The notes beneath the pieces are model-generated. The model saw only the letters and a list, made by a program, of their open reading frames with translations. It did not search any database and was not told the origin of the DNA. From Candidatus Bathyarchaeota archaeon (lineage in GTDB: Archaea > Thermoproteota > Bathyarchaeia > 40CM-2-53-6): a stretch of DNA of 64,000 bases. The stretch is taken from the NCBI GenBank assembly GCA_963733055.1, contig CAVTBR010000002.1, forward strand, positions 320,001 to 384,000. Direction: 5' to 3'. A program made the translations under genes and the position numbers. Each line of letters starts with the position of its first letter. Position 1 is the first letter of the stretch. Positions 10,462 to 18,963 of the stretch are shown here, piece after piece.

Positions 10462-10931
10462 CAAACGAACCCACGACATTTTCAGGGACGTTTTGAGTAA
10501 CATCACTTTTTCGGGTAGAATTCTCGTCATGGCTCATAACTTGCTAACACCAAAGTAGGTTATCGCCTTGGGCCGTAATTAACGTCTGGTTGGACAGACA
10601 CGTAAGGGACAGAGTGCTAATGATGGTGCTTGAGAATGGTCAGAGTCAAGTCTGACTCTATTAGGCGTCATGCGATCTGTCGAAGCTGGCATCCTTGGTC
10701 TGGACAGTTTTCCCTTTGTGACAAACTCATCAGAACTCATTGCATAACTCGAAATTCCTCAAGCTACTCTGACTGCGTGAGGCAGCGTTCCCAAAGTTGC
10801 TTATTGAAGCTGAACTAAAGGGTGATACTGCCAATTACGTTCTCTGCTAGAACCCGTTCGTTTCTGATTTTTCCTTTTGCTCAAACAATCCGCAAAAGTG
10901 TCTGGCAAACTACGCTCTTGCGTTCGCGTGG

Positions 10932-11603
10932 TTGGGAAAATCCAAGCCGTTCGTGAACAAAGCTATAGCGCCGTCGTGCCTATCCATTTCGGTGACCTTG
11001 CCAAGTGAAAAAGCCGTCAAGAATCGAAAGTCGGATGAAAGCCGCGTTCCCACAATTGTAGTGGTTACTCTTCTCGTGTTTTTCGTGATTCTATATTGTG
11101 TCGCTTATTTCGTTCCACAACTAAGACTCGTCGAATCGTTGCCGGACGTTATCTTTTACATTTGGCTCAACATGACTCTTGCCGTTCTTTGGTGGGGACA
11201 TAAAGGGAAAGTTGTGGAAAAGCTGGAACTTTTGAGCCTAGGACAGAGCACGATGGGGGGCACGGTGCAGGCTGGGATCATAGCAACTAGCATATTCATT
11301 CCATTGTGTCTTACCGCGATTCAGATTATGGTCGGCAATAACTACTCAGCTATCCCGGCGAGCGTCAAACTTCCCGCTGCGAACCTCATCGTTGCTATCT
11401 TCTGGTTTGGTTGTTCGACAATTTTCGGCGTGACTACACTCGTATATATGAATCAGAAAATCGGCGAAAACCGAGACGTTCTGAACGAACGACTGATTGG
11501 AATCCCAACCAACCTTCAGTTCTACGCGATTGTAATGGGAACGGTAAGGGTCTTGTATGTTTTGGTCTTAATGTGGGTAGGAATGGGCCTTGCTCTCGCT
11601 TGA
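10932..11603 (+). CDS. Hypothetical multi-pass membrane protein
   Basis: About 5 TM segments; true start probably downstream. Confidence 0.6.
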   Translation: MGKSKPFVNKAIAPSCLSISVTLPSEKAVKNRKSDESRVPTIVVVTLLVFFVILYCVAYFVPQLRLVESLPDVIFYIWLNMTLAVLWWGHKGKVVEKLELLSLGQSTMGGTVQAGIIATSIFIPLCLTAIQIMVGNNYSAIPASVKLPAANLIVAIFWFGCSTIFGVTTLVYMNQKIGENRDVLNERLIGIPTNLQFYAIVMGTVRVLYVLVLMWVGMGLALA

Positions 11604-12093
11604 AGACGTCAGGCATCTCATGAGCCGTCTTGGTGTTCAAGAAGACCCCAGCGCTGAAGATTTTGCGTTTACTGCCTTTGAAATGGCAAGAGAATATGCC
11701 GCGTCGCAAAGACGGGAAGTGACCATCGATGATGTCAAAATATCTCTTGGATGGCTTTGTCAGATTCCATTGCCTGGCAAGCCGCCACAGACAGATGAGA
11801 CTAAGAGAATAGTGGCCTACCTCTGTAGGCTCGGAAGAGAGAAAGGAGTAGGCGCGCTTACTTTACCTCAATCAATCGAGAGCGAAATGAGAACTCATCC
11901 ACCTGCGCCTTACTACTATCAACCACCGATAAGCCCGATAGGCCCACTCGCCTTAATGGTCAAGGTTGACCTCCTTTCTAGAGCCGGAATAGACGTAACT
12001 ACCACGTCCCAGGAAAGGTTTTTTGTGGCAGGCGTTCCGACAACCGTTGTACCTCTTTACCGAATCATGGACAGAATCCCAAGATCAGGCTAG
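11590..12093 (+). CDS. Hypothetical protein with a possible N-terminal histone-fold-like segment
   Basis: VRHLMSRLGVQEDP...FAF...AREYAASQRREVTIDDVKISL resembles the alpha1-L1-alpha2-L2-alpha3 pattern. Confidence 0.55.
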   Translation: MLSLEDVRHLMSRLGVQEDPSAEDFAFTAFEMAREYAASQRREVTIDDVKISLGWLCQIPLPGKPPQTDETKRIVAYLCRLGREKGVGALTLPQSIESEMRTHPPAPYYYQPPISPIGPLALMVKVDLLSRAGIDVTTTSQERFFVAGVPTTVVPLYRIMDRIPRSG

Positions 12094-12250
12094 AGCCTCG
12101 CCTCGGAGATTTGGTTTTGATGACACGCATCTTCCCGATCCATCTGTTTGCGGTGAAGCTGTATGTTCCCGTAATAGCCGCTTCAATTATCAGAATCGCT
12201 AGGAGAATCATGGAAGTCTGGAAGAAAACTTCGAGGCGAGGTAGAGTAAT

Positions 12251-12814
12251 TTGAAAGAATATGTGGACGACGTTCTGCTTGTATTCGACAGATTTTGGGC
12301 CTTTCTGAGACGGAAGTACCTGAATCGAGCGTTCATTACCACGCAGGTTAAGGGCCTCGTGTATGCAATCGGATTCTTCACCGTCGTCTTCGTAATACTT
12401 GAAATTGCAAATCGAATTGTCTACTACCCATTTCCCTCAAATATCGAACTGGTCCTTGCGCTCGAGATATTAAGGGCATTAATCCAAGTCGACGCCGCCT
12501 TGATAGGCTTCTTGGGCATAATCGCCGTGTACGTCTTCTCAACCATTCAAAACCAATTCGAAAAGTCCCTATCTATGCCGGTTTCAGACGAATGGGACAA
12601 CCGCCGATCAAACGCAGCCTGGTTAAGCGCTCTAACCGTTTCATCTCTCGTCGGGTCCTTGATTACGACATTGGTTTCAATCTCCAATCTCACTAATAGT
12701 ATGGCGTACTCTGAACTCTACTGGCCCGTTGCGCTTATGCTGGAGGGCATAGCAGGAGTCTTCGGACTCATATTTTATGCAACGAAGCGACCGCCTAAAC
12801 CCAAATTCCTATGA
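12251..12814 (+). CDS. Hypothetical 4-TM membrane protein
   Basis: Hydrophobic segments. Confidence 0.6.
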   Translation: MKEYVDDVLLVFDRFWAFLRRKYLNRAFITTQVKGLVYAIGFFTVVFVILEIANRIVYYPFPSNIELVLALEILRALIQVDAALIGFLGIIAVYVFSTIQNQFEKSLSMPVSDEWDNRRSNAAWLSALTVSSLVGSLITTLVSISNLTNSMAYSELYWPVALMLEGIAGVFGLIFYATKRPPKPKFL

Positions 12815-13038
12815 CGCTCGGGAATCCCGGAATGATCAACCCGCGTAAGGCGAGGGAAGCCAAGGTCGATGATTTTTCCGTTCTCCCAGATTTCCTTTCT
12901 GAAAACTTGGGATGACGTGGTGAGTGAGATTGAAGCGAATAATCGACCAAATTATCATTATGCAACTCGTGAGACCATTTAGACTATTGATGGAACTTCA
13001 ACAATCTAGTCACTGCTAGGCGTGGTTAGAGACCTTAG

Positions 13039-13818
13039 CTAAGCCTTGACGACTATTAGTTCTGGGATTTGTTGGATCAACTGATTATCCTTTGAGTAAA
13101 GTGAAATCACGTAACCATAGTTTCCTGGTGGAGCGCCATTGGACACGATGGCGAAGGCGTACTCTCCCGTTGTTCCCTGTGGGCCTATTGACTCGATCGG
13201 CAAAGATAGCGGGACTATTGAGAGATGGTCCACGCTCATGTTGAGCTTGACAGATACGACTAATCCGCTGTATATTACCGAAGAACTCATGCTTTGCACT
13301 TTGAACAACAAACTGGTGTTGTCATTCACACCAATGGTGTTCTTGTAAGGATAGAACATGTAGAACGGAAATTCTGAACGATAATCCACTGCCGTGAATT
13401 TGACGTTCGGAAGGAGATAGATCCAAGTTGCTTCATTACGAGTGACGTTCGTACCAGTTCCACTAGAAAACTGCAAATAGACACTCACTGAATAGTTCCC
13501 GTCTTGAATATCATTTCCAGTTATTATCACAGGAATCGCGGATAAGGAACCCGTGGTCAAGCTTATCGGACTGGAAACCGCACCCGATATTGCTCTGGAG
13601 ACAACAACTGGCAAAACCCCACTCAAATCTGTCCCGCTATTGGTAACACTCACAGTACCAGTTGCCGAGTGCCCTGCACTAATTGACTTTGGAAAATCAA
13701 CGGAGAAACTCAGACTAACTACTTGCTGTTGTTGCGGCGGCCTCTGATAGAACCAAACGAAATATACTCCGGCGAGTAAGATCATCACAATTATTGCAAC
13801 GCCAAACTTATTTGGCAT
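13039..13818 (-). CDS. Membrane-anchored secreted protein with Ig-like beta-rich domains
   Basis: N-terminal anchor, S/T/V-rich, two GNY-x-V/Y motifs, NxS/T sequons. Confidence 0.7.
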   Translation of the reverse strand: MPNKFGVAIIVMILLAGVYFVWFYQRPPQQQQVVSLSFSVDFPKSISAGHSATGTVSVTNSGTDLSGVLPVVVSRAISGAVSSPISLTTGSLSAIPVIITGNDIQDGNYSVSVYLQFSSGTGTNVTRNEATWIYLLPNVKFTAVDYRSEFPFYMFYPYKNTIGVNDNTSLLFKVQSMSSSVIYSGLVVSVKLNMSVDHLSIVPLSLPIESIGPQGTTGEYAFAIVSNGAPPGNYGYVISLYSKDNQLIQQIPELIVVKA

Positions 13819-13875
13819 CTACAATCCACCATTTTGCAAACTCGACACCATGCATTTAGGCTCTTCCATCAGACA

Positions 13876-14514
13876 TCATTCTCTAGTTGTTAATTTGTTT
13901 CCTTCGCTGGATTGAGCGATATACACTCCAGCGAGCGAGATGCCGAGAACAATCAAGGACGACAACAACACGCTATACCCAAAGATTGCCCTAGCCGGCG
14001 CGAGAACAATCATAATGGGGGTGAATATCAAGGAGAACATCATAGCGGGCAGAACCACGTACCATTGGAAATTCGCGCTCGCACCTTTCAAATACCACCA
14101 AAGATGAAAGAAAAAGAAAATTGTCAGCATCAACCCCATTGTGGCGACAATATCAATTTCGAATGAGAATTGGGAAACGACCACAACTTGGGTGCTTGTT
14201 AAGAATAGTAATATTGCATTGAAAAAGTAGTAACTTATCGCAATCTCGATGGCGAGACCTGCAATAGCGAACGGAACTCGCCCCAATCCAATCCGTTTTC
14301 TTTTTCGACACAGAAAGCAGATTTCAACAAGAGTTGCACCAGGAATACATACCAGCGCTATCAAAAAGGCTGCTCGAATGGGCAATATGAAATCCGTGTA
14401 CCCTACCCAGAGAACCTGAAGGGATGACCCCACATAGAGACCGTAGACAAGCGTGGCAAATAGGAGTGAGAAATGGAAAGGGTAATCGACTCGTCTTCCT
14501 CGTAACGGAGCCAA
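13876..14514 (-). CDS. Hypothetical multi-pass membrane protein
   Basis: About 6 TM segments. Confidence 0.6.
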   Translation of the reverse strand: MAPLRGRRVDYPFHFSLLFATLVYGLYVGSSLQVLWVGYTDFILPIRAAFLIALVCIPGATLVEICFLCRKRKRIGLGRVPFAIAGLAIEIAISYYFFNAILLFLTSTQVVVVSQFSFEIDIVATMGLMLTIFFFFHLWWYLKGASANFQWYVVLPAMMFSLIFTPIMIVLAPARAIFGYSVLLSSLIVLGISLAGVYIAQSSEGNKLTTRE

Positions 14515-14710
14515 AACGATCTGTTGCGTCTTGTCCGAGAATGCGATTTATTTTTTTCTGACAGAGTTCGAATTTCTACACAAACAGGGTAAAGCCGTTC
14601 AGTTTCATTTTGGCGCCTCTTGGAGCACCATCGTCGACCCGATACAACCGCGCACCTAGCAGATTGGACGGCAATACAAGTCCAACAAGAAACGCACGCC
14701 AATGGTCCTC

Positions 14711-15865
14711 TCATTTCGAAAACCTGAAGGGTTCCTCAACTAGGAACTTCAGCTTTCGGTAAAGGTGGACTTCGCCGAACTCGTCAAATTTCTGATAGCC
14801 CATTGAACCCAATTCCGTTGCTTCCTCTGGGCATTTGGCTTGCTTCACGTCATAATCGTCTTCACGGAGAAGAATTGCCTGTGCTAATTGGACGTAGACG
14901 TTCACTAGCCACGGGTTCACTATGCCCAGCAAATCCATGACGTGCCTTACGTCTTTCGTCTGGTAGTATTCCCAAGTGGCTCGCCAGGTGCGAAAGCTGT
15001 GAAAGTGGACTGCTCGGAGGCGGTAAGCGGGATATTGTTCGTCTAGCTGTTTTCGGAGCCGCTCGAATTGTCTGCGGAAATCATCCAGGCTGTCCGCGTA
15101 TTTTGCGGGGTCGGTCAGCTCTCGGTGGAACACGTATGGGCTGTCCGTTTTTCGAAGCAGGTTTAACATGTCGACGAGGCGTTGGGATACGGTTCTCGTT
15201 CTTGAGCGGCTTCCTTTCTCTGGTTCGGCGATTGTTATGAGGCGCTGTTTGAATTCGATCTCGCTCCATTTCAGCATCCACGCTTCGCCAGCCCTTGCTG
15301 CGGTTTCCTTCAGCGTTTGAAGGAACACGCCCTGTTTGAAGTCAAGTTGTGTCATCATGTGAATGAGGAATAGGATGGATTGGAGCGGCGGCAGGTAGGG
15401 TTGCGTTCGCACTCTCTTCAGGTCGGGAGCGTTCCACTTGATGCCCGCCCACAAATAGAAGGCGTTGAGGTCTTGCAGCCACTTGTATTTTGTGTTGGGA
15501 CTCGGTTTCTTCCCTCTCAGACCGAGGGTCTCAGGGTCTTCGAGCCAACTTGCGACATATTCGTGGTCGAGAATGTTTGATTTCCAGTTCTGCAGATTGA
15601 CGGCTCTGTTGATGCGCTTCAGCACCCCGAAACGGGGCTTTAGGGTTGTTCGCTTGAGTTTCTTGTTCGCTAGCGCATACTGGAGGATGCGTGCCTCGCC
15701 GTTCTTGAGAAGTTGAGCGGACCCACTGTTTGGAGCGCCGTTTGGCGCAATGTGAGCCGCCAAATTTGTGGCGGCACTAGTGGGTTCCGCACGAGGAGCG
15801 CTGACACAGTTGCGAGTTGGCTCCAAACGACTACAACGCCTTCCTTGTTGAGTTGGCGTGCGCAC
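14711..15865 (-). CDS. Tyrosine recombinase / integrase
   Basis: TAARAGEAW (R), EKGSRSR (K), HSFR (HxxR), LLGI, VYVQL (Y); C-terminal tail AKCPEEATELGSMGYQKFDEFGEVHLYRK of the kind seen in TACK integrases; start uncertain. Confidence 0.9.
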   Translation of the reverse strand: MRTPTQQGRRCSRLEPTRNCVSAPRAEPTSAATNLAAHIAPNGAPNSGSAQLLKNGEARILQYALANKKLKRTTLKPRFGVLKRINRAVNLQNWKSNILDHEYVASWLEDPETLGLRGKKPSPNTKYKWLQDLNAFYLWAGIKWNAPDLKRVRTQPYLPPLQSILFLIHMMTQLDFKQGVFLQTLKETAARAGEAWMLKWSEIEFKQRLITIAEPEKGSRSRTRTVSQRLVDMLNLLRKTDSPYVFHRELTDPAKYADSLDDFRRQFERLRKQLDEQYPAYRLRAVHFHSFRTWRATWEYYQTKDVRHVMDLLGIVNPWLVNVYVQLAQAILLREDDYDVKQAKCPEEATELGSMGYQKFDEFGEVHLYRKLKFLVEEPFRFSK

Positions 15866-15978
15866 GCGGACGGCAATGGGGGTGGATGAACATCACCCTG
15901 TATGTCTTGGGACTACTCCTGTCCCGGCGGCTGTCGCTGAGGATCGTGTAGCGTTCCCACCACTTCTTCCTCATGCTC

Positions 15979-16356
15979 TCACCTCAGTTCCTCCTTGCGG
16001 AGGAAAGTGAGCCGCATCGCTTGCCCCGTGTTGGTGCTGATCGTGTCGTTCCCGTATCCGTTAGCACCGAACTCGGCTCTGGCAGGGCCCCACATTTCCG
16101 ATGCCACGAGCCGCGCAATATCTCTAGCCTCTGCCCACGCCTTCGCTAGGTTCGCCCCCGCGACGGGCACGGTCTCAAGGTCCTCTTCCTCGGCCCATTC
16201 TATTTCCTTCTTCGCTCCCTTCCTCCTCTCGGTCCCTCCTGCCTCGAACAGGAAGACGAACCTATGCTGGCGAGAGGTTGCCACGGGCATGGGCGCGTTA
16301 ATGCGGTCGTTGTGCCACTGTTTCAGCTTCCACTTCGGCGTGTGTTGCTCTTCCAA
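15979..16356 (-). CDS. Hypothetical protein (leftward virus-like operon A)
   Basis: Tightly packed operon 17413 to 14711 with GGAG-type RBS-like motifs. Confidence 0.6.
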   Translation of the reverse strand: MEEQHTPKWKLKQWHNDRINAPMPVATSRQHRFVFLFEAGGTERRKGAKKEIEWAEEEDLETVPVAGANLAKAWAEARDIARLVASEMWGPARAEFGANGYGNDTISTNTGQAMRLTFLRKEELR

Positions 16357-16357
16357 G

Positions 16358-16777
16358 TCACTGCGCCTCCGAGCCGCCGTTTCGGGCTTCGACGGGCTTC
16401 CACCTGATTTCGTCTTCGTCCTCGGTTTCGTCCTTGACGTAGTGTCTGCCCGTCAGGCAATAGTCGAGGAGCCACTCTCTCGACCTGTGAAACTCGTTGG
16501 CGGGGCCGTCCCCATGCTCGATGGTGACCCCTACCTCCTCCAGCGCCCGCTCGATTTCGATAAGCCTGTGGTACTGCTCGTCGGTGTCGCAGGCGAAACG
16601 GATTATCAGCCCAGGGGCGTCGTCGCCGCATACACGCCAGAGATAGTCGACCCGAGTCTGCAGTGGACCGCCGCTCGCTTCGCCTTCGCGGGCGGAGCGG
16701 AGCCTCCCGCAGACGAAGCAGTGAAACGTGTTTGCGACTTCGCCAGCAGGAGACTGTTTTTCGCTCATCGCTTGCAC
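16358..16777 (-). CDS. Hypothetical protein with CxxC motifs
   Basis: CFVCG...RVCG; adjacent to neighbouring genes in the operon. Confidence 0.6.
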   Translation of the reverse strand: MQAMSEKQSPAGEVANTFHCFVCGRLRSAREGEASGGPLQTRVDYLWRVCGDDAPGLIIRFACDTDEQYHRLIEIERALEEVGVTIEHGDGPANEFHRSREWLLDYCLTGRHYVKDETEDEDEIRWKPVEARNGGSEAQ

Positions 16778-16992
16778 CTCGACTCAGAGGTGACTTGGTC
16801 GGAGAACTCCTGCACGCTGATGACCACGGTGTTTGTCTCGGTGTCTTCCCTCACCGTGACTCTTTGCTGCTTGCGCAGCTTGTTCTTGCGTATCCAATTG
16901 AGGGGTAGCGTTGCCACATAGCTGCAGTTCGGGTACTTGCCGAGCGCAATCAGTCTCCGTTCTTCCTTGCTTCTCAACTTCCGTACCTCCAT
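16765..16992 (-). CDS. AbrB/SpoVT-like DNA-binding protein
   Basis: RRLIALG...SYVATLPLNWIRKNKLRKQQRVTV pattern. Confidence 0.7.
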   Translation of the reverse strand: MEVRKLRSKEERRLIALGKYPNCSYVATLPLNWIRKNKLRKQQRVTVREDTETNTVVISVQEFSDQVTSESRCKR

Positions 16993-17180
16993 TTCGGCTC
17001 AAGTCGAGGGTGGCGGGGCAAGCCGTGTTTCGGAAGCCTGGTTTTGCCCGCATCCATGATGCCGTTGTGGTCGCTGCAAAGAACTGTCCGACTAGCCGGA
17101 TCCCAGAAGATTGTTTGGCTGTCGTCGGCAACGGGAGAGTAGCAGGGGCAACCGCAAACCGAGCATCGATATTCATACAT
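16974..17180 (-). CDS. Small Cys-rich (putative Zn-binding) protein, paralogue of 51604-51924
   Basis: YRCSVCGCPCY...TIFWDPASRTVLCSDH...HPRLEPKWR; start set to the MYEY ATG. Confidence 0.7.
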   Translation of the reverse strand: MYEYRCSVCGCPCYSPVADDSQTIFWDPASRTVLCSDHNGIMDAGKTRLPKHGLPRHPRLEPKWRYGS

Positions 17181-17200
17181 AGTTTTGATTTGCAGGAAGG

Positions 17201-17413
17201 TCACTGGAACAGCCACCTCCGAAGTGGGACGCACGACGCTTCCCACCCGTGAAGTCGGATGCTCTCAAGCGCCTGCTCCAAGGTGCTAGCGTCCTTGATT
17301 TGCCACGTCACGCCGTCAAGGCGCAGGGAAAAGATGCGCCCGGACTCTAGGTATTTGACCCGGCTGACCCGAAGAGTCCCATCGTTTCGTTCTCCGCTCT
17401 CGCTGTTTGCCAT
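17201..17413 (-). CDS. Small hypothetical protein at the head of operon A
   Basis: ATG ORF divergent from 17474. Confidence 0.45.
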   Translation of the reverse strand: MANSESGERNDGTLRVSRVKYLESGRIFSLRLDGVTWQIKDASTLEQALESIRLHGWEASCVPLRRWLFQ

Positions 17414-17473
17414 CGCATTTCACGTTAACACCGCAAAGCAGATTAGCCGTGCAAGCCGCGAACTGTTCAGAAG

Positions 17474-18388
17474 TTGATCTGCGCAGTGCGCGTTTCGGTA
17501 AGTTCGAAGGAGCGAACGATCCGGTCTTCGATCCTCATCTACATGGCCGGCCGACCACGGGACCAGCCCGTCGTGTGGGGTCACAGCATCGCCAAAGAAT
17601 TTGCGAAAAGTAAGATCGGCGAAGTGTCCCCGAACACCGTCTACGAAGCACTGGAAGCATTCCGCGAGGAGGGCATGGCCGAACCCGCCGACCGGCCGGC
17701 TTCCGAAAAGCCGCCATTGTCACCGATTGAGGCGCTTGCGCCCGGGGTTTTGGACGAAAAGGAAATGAAGCTACAGAAAAACGTGAAGCGCTTGCTTCGG
17801 GCCGGCTACACGGAGGTCGAACTGGACCGGCTAGAGACAAATCTCCAAAAGAAACACAGTAGGCGCCGGCATTCTGGTATCGCGGGTTTACGCCCAAGAG
17901 AGATCAAAGCTCTCATCGCCGCCAAAGCGAGAGAAGGCTTCGCACCGCCGGATCCCCGCACAAAGGGCTACCACATTACGGACAAAGGGCGGAGAGTGGC
18001 GGCGCTATTGAAGGAGGAGTTCCTTACAACAAGATGGAATGATTGCATCAAGTCCCCACTAGACGACGCCAAGTTCCTCTCCGAGCTTGGCAGACACGGG
18101 TTTGAGGCACACCACGTCGTGGCGGCTGTAAACGTGCGAGCGATACGCATAGTGCCCCTAGAGCCGGAAAAGCACCCAGCAAAGTATCAGCTCGGCCGAA
18201 CATATTACAAGGGCACCCAGACCCGAGACATTGAGCGACGCAGCTTCAGGTACGATATTCCCGACCTGACACAGCCGGACTTCGCAAGTTCCGAGCACAA
18301 AGAAGACGAACCCATAATCTCCAGAGAGCACGCAAGGTTTCTTGTACGAGCTATGAAACTGGGAAAGAGAAGGAAGCTTGAGTCTTGA
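17474..18388 (+). CDS. Winged-helix-like regulator with an insertion, divergent from operon A
   Basis: GHSIAKEF...VSPNTVYEALEAFREEGM and YHITDKGRRVAALL (PadR/MarR-like wing end). Confidence 0.6.
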   Translation: MICAVRVSVSSKERTIRSSILIYMAGRPRDQPVVWGHSIAKEFAKSKIGEVSPNTVYEALEAFREEGMAEPADRPASEKPPLSPIEALAPGVLDEKEMKLQKNVKRLLRAGYTEVELDRLETNLQKKHSRRRHSGIAGLRPREIKALIAAKAREGFAPPDPRTKGYHITDKGRRVAALLKEEFLTTRWNDCIKSPLDDAKFLSELGRHGFEAHHVVAAVNVRAIRIVPLEPEKHPAKYQLGRTYYKGTQTRDIERRSFRYDIPDLTQPDFASSEHKEDEPIISREHARFLVRAMKLGKRRKLES

Positions 18389-18475
18389 CCTCTAGTTCTT
18401 TGTGGTCTTTGAATACTTCTTGTAGAAATCCAGCAATCCGTTAACTATCGTGTCGTACGTCTCGCCCTTTCTGCC

Positions 18476-18963
18476 GTGGCTGAAGAGCCGCTTGCGACTG
18501 AATTTCCTGACTTTTATCGTGGTGAGGTCGCCGAAGTCCGCGAGTCCTTCGACAAGGAGATTGCTGCGCTCCAGAAGCGGACTAGGCTGTCCGAGGCGAC
18601 AATCGTGACGATGCTCGCCGACAACGCGATGAAGCAGGCGGATACGGTCGCTTACAAGCGCACCAAGCAGACGATCTGCGTTGTGGCCAAGTGCCCGATA
18701 TGCTACGACGACAACAGGACCTCTACCTTACGAAGAACACCAGGGAGGAGCTACAGACAGCCATAGAGCAGCACCTGCTCGTCCACTTCACGTCGCCCGA
18801 AGACGTCGCACGGGAAACCGCCGAAGCCGGTAATGGGTTGGTAATGGGTTGGTTGCTAATCATCAAATCGTGCAAAAGCGTAAATTCAGACCCGTACAAA
18901 ACAGGATTCTATGAGCTGGTTTCCAATCGGTCCGAATTTAGTATTCGCCCCCCGCGATGGTAA
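18476..18963 (+). pseudogene. C2H2-like Zn-finger protein split by a frameshift near 18715-18725
   Basis: CPICYDD in one frame and IEQHLLVHF in another; intact paralogue at 23827 has CPLC...LERHLLTHF. Confidence 0.5.
18829..18850 (+). repeat. Tandem duplication GGTAATGGGTT x2
   Basis: Exact 11-bp direct repeat. Confidence 0.9.

Noticed and set aside
14562-14578. AGAG-TTCGAAT-TTCT mini hairpin downstream of integrase 1 as a tRNA remnant
   Set aside because: Only 4 bp including a G-T pair, and no acceptor-stem similarity to the tRNA-Leu
15995-16921. 308-aa + strand ORF
   Set aside because: Antisense shadow of three coupled minus-strand genes in GC-rich DNA
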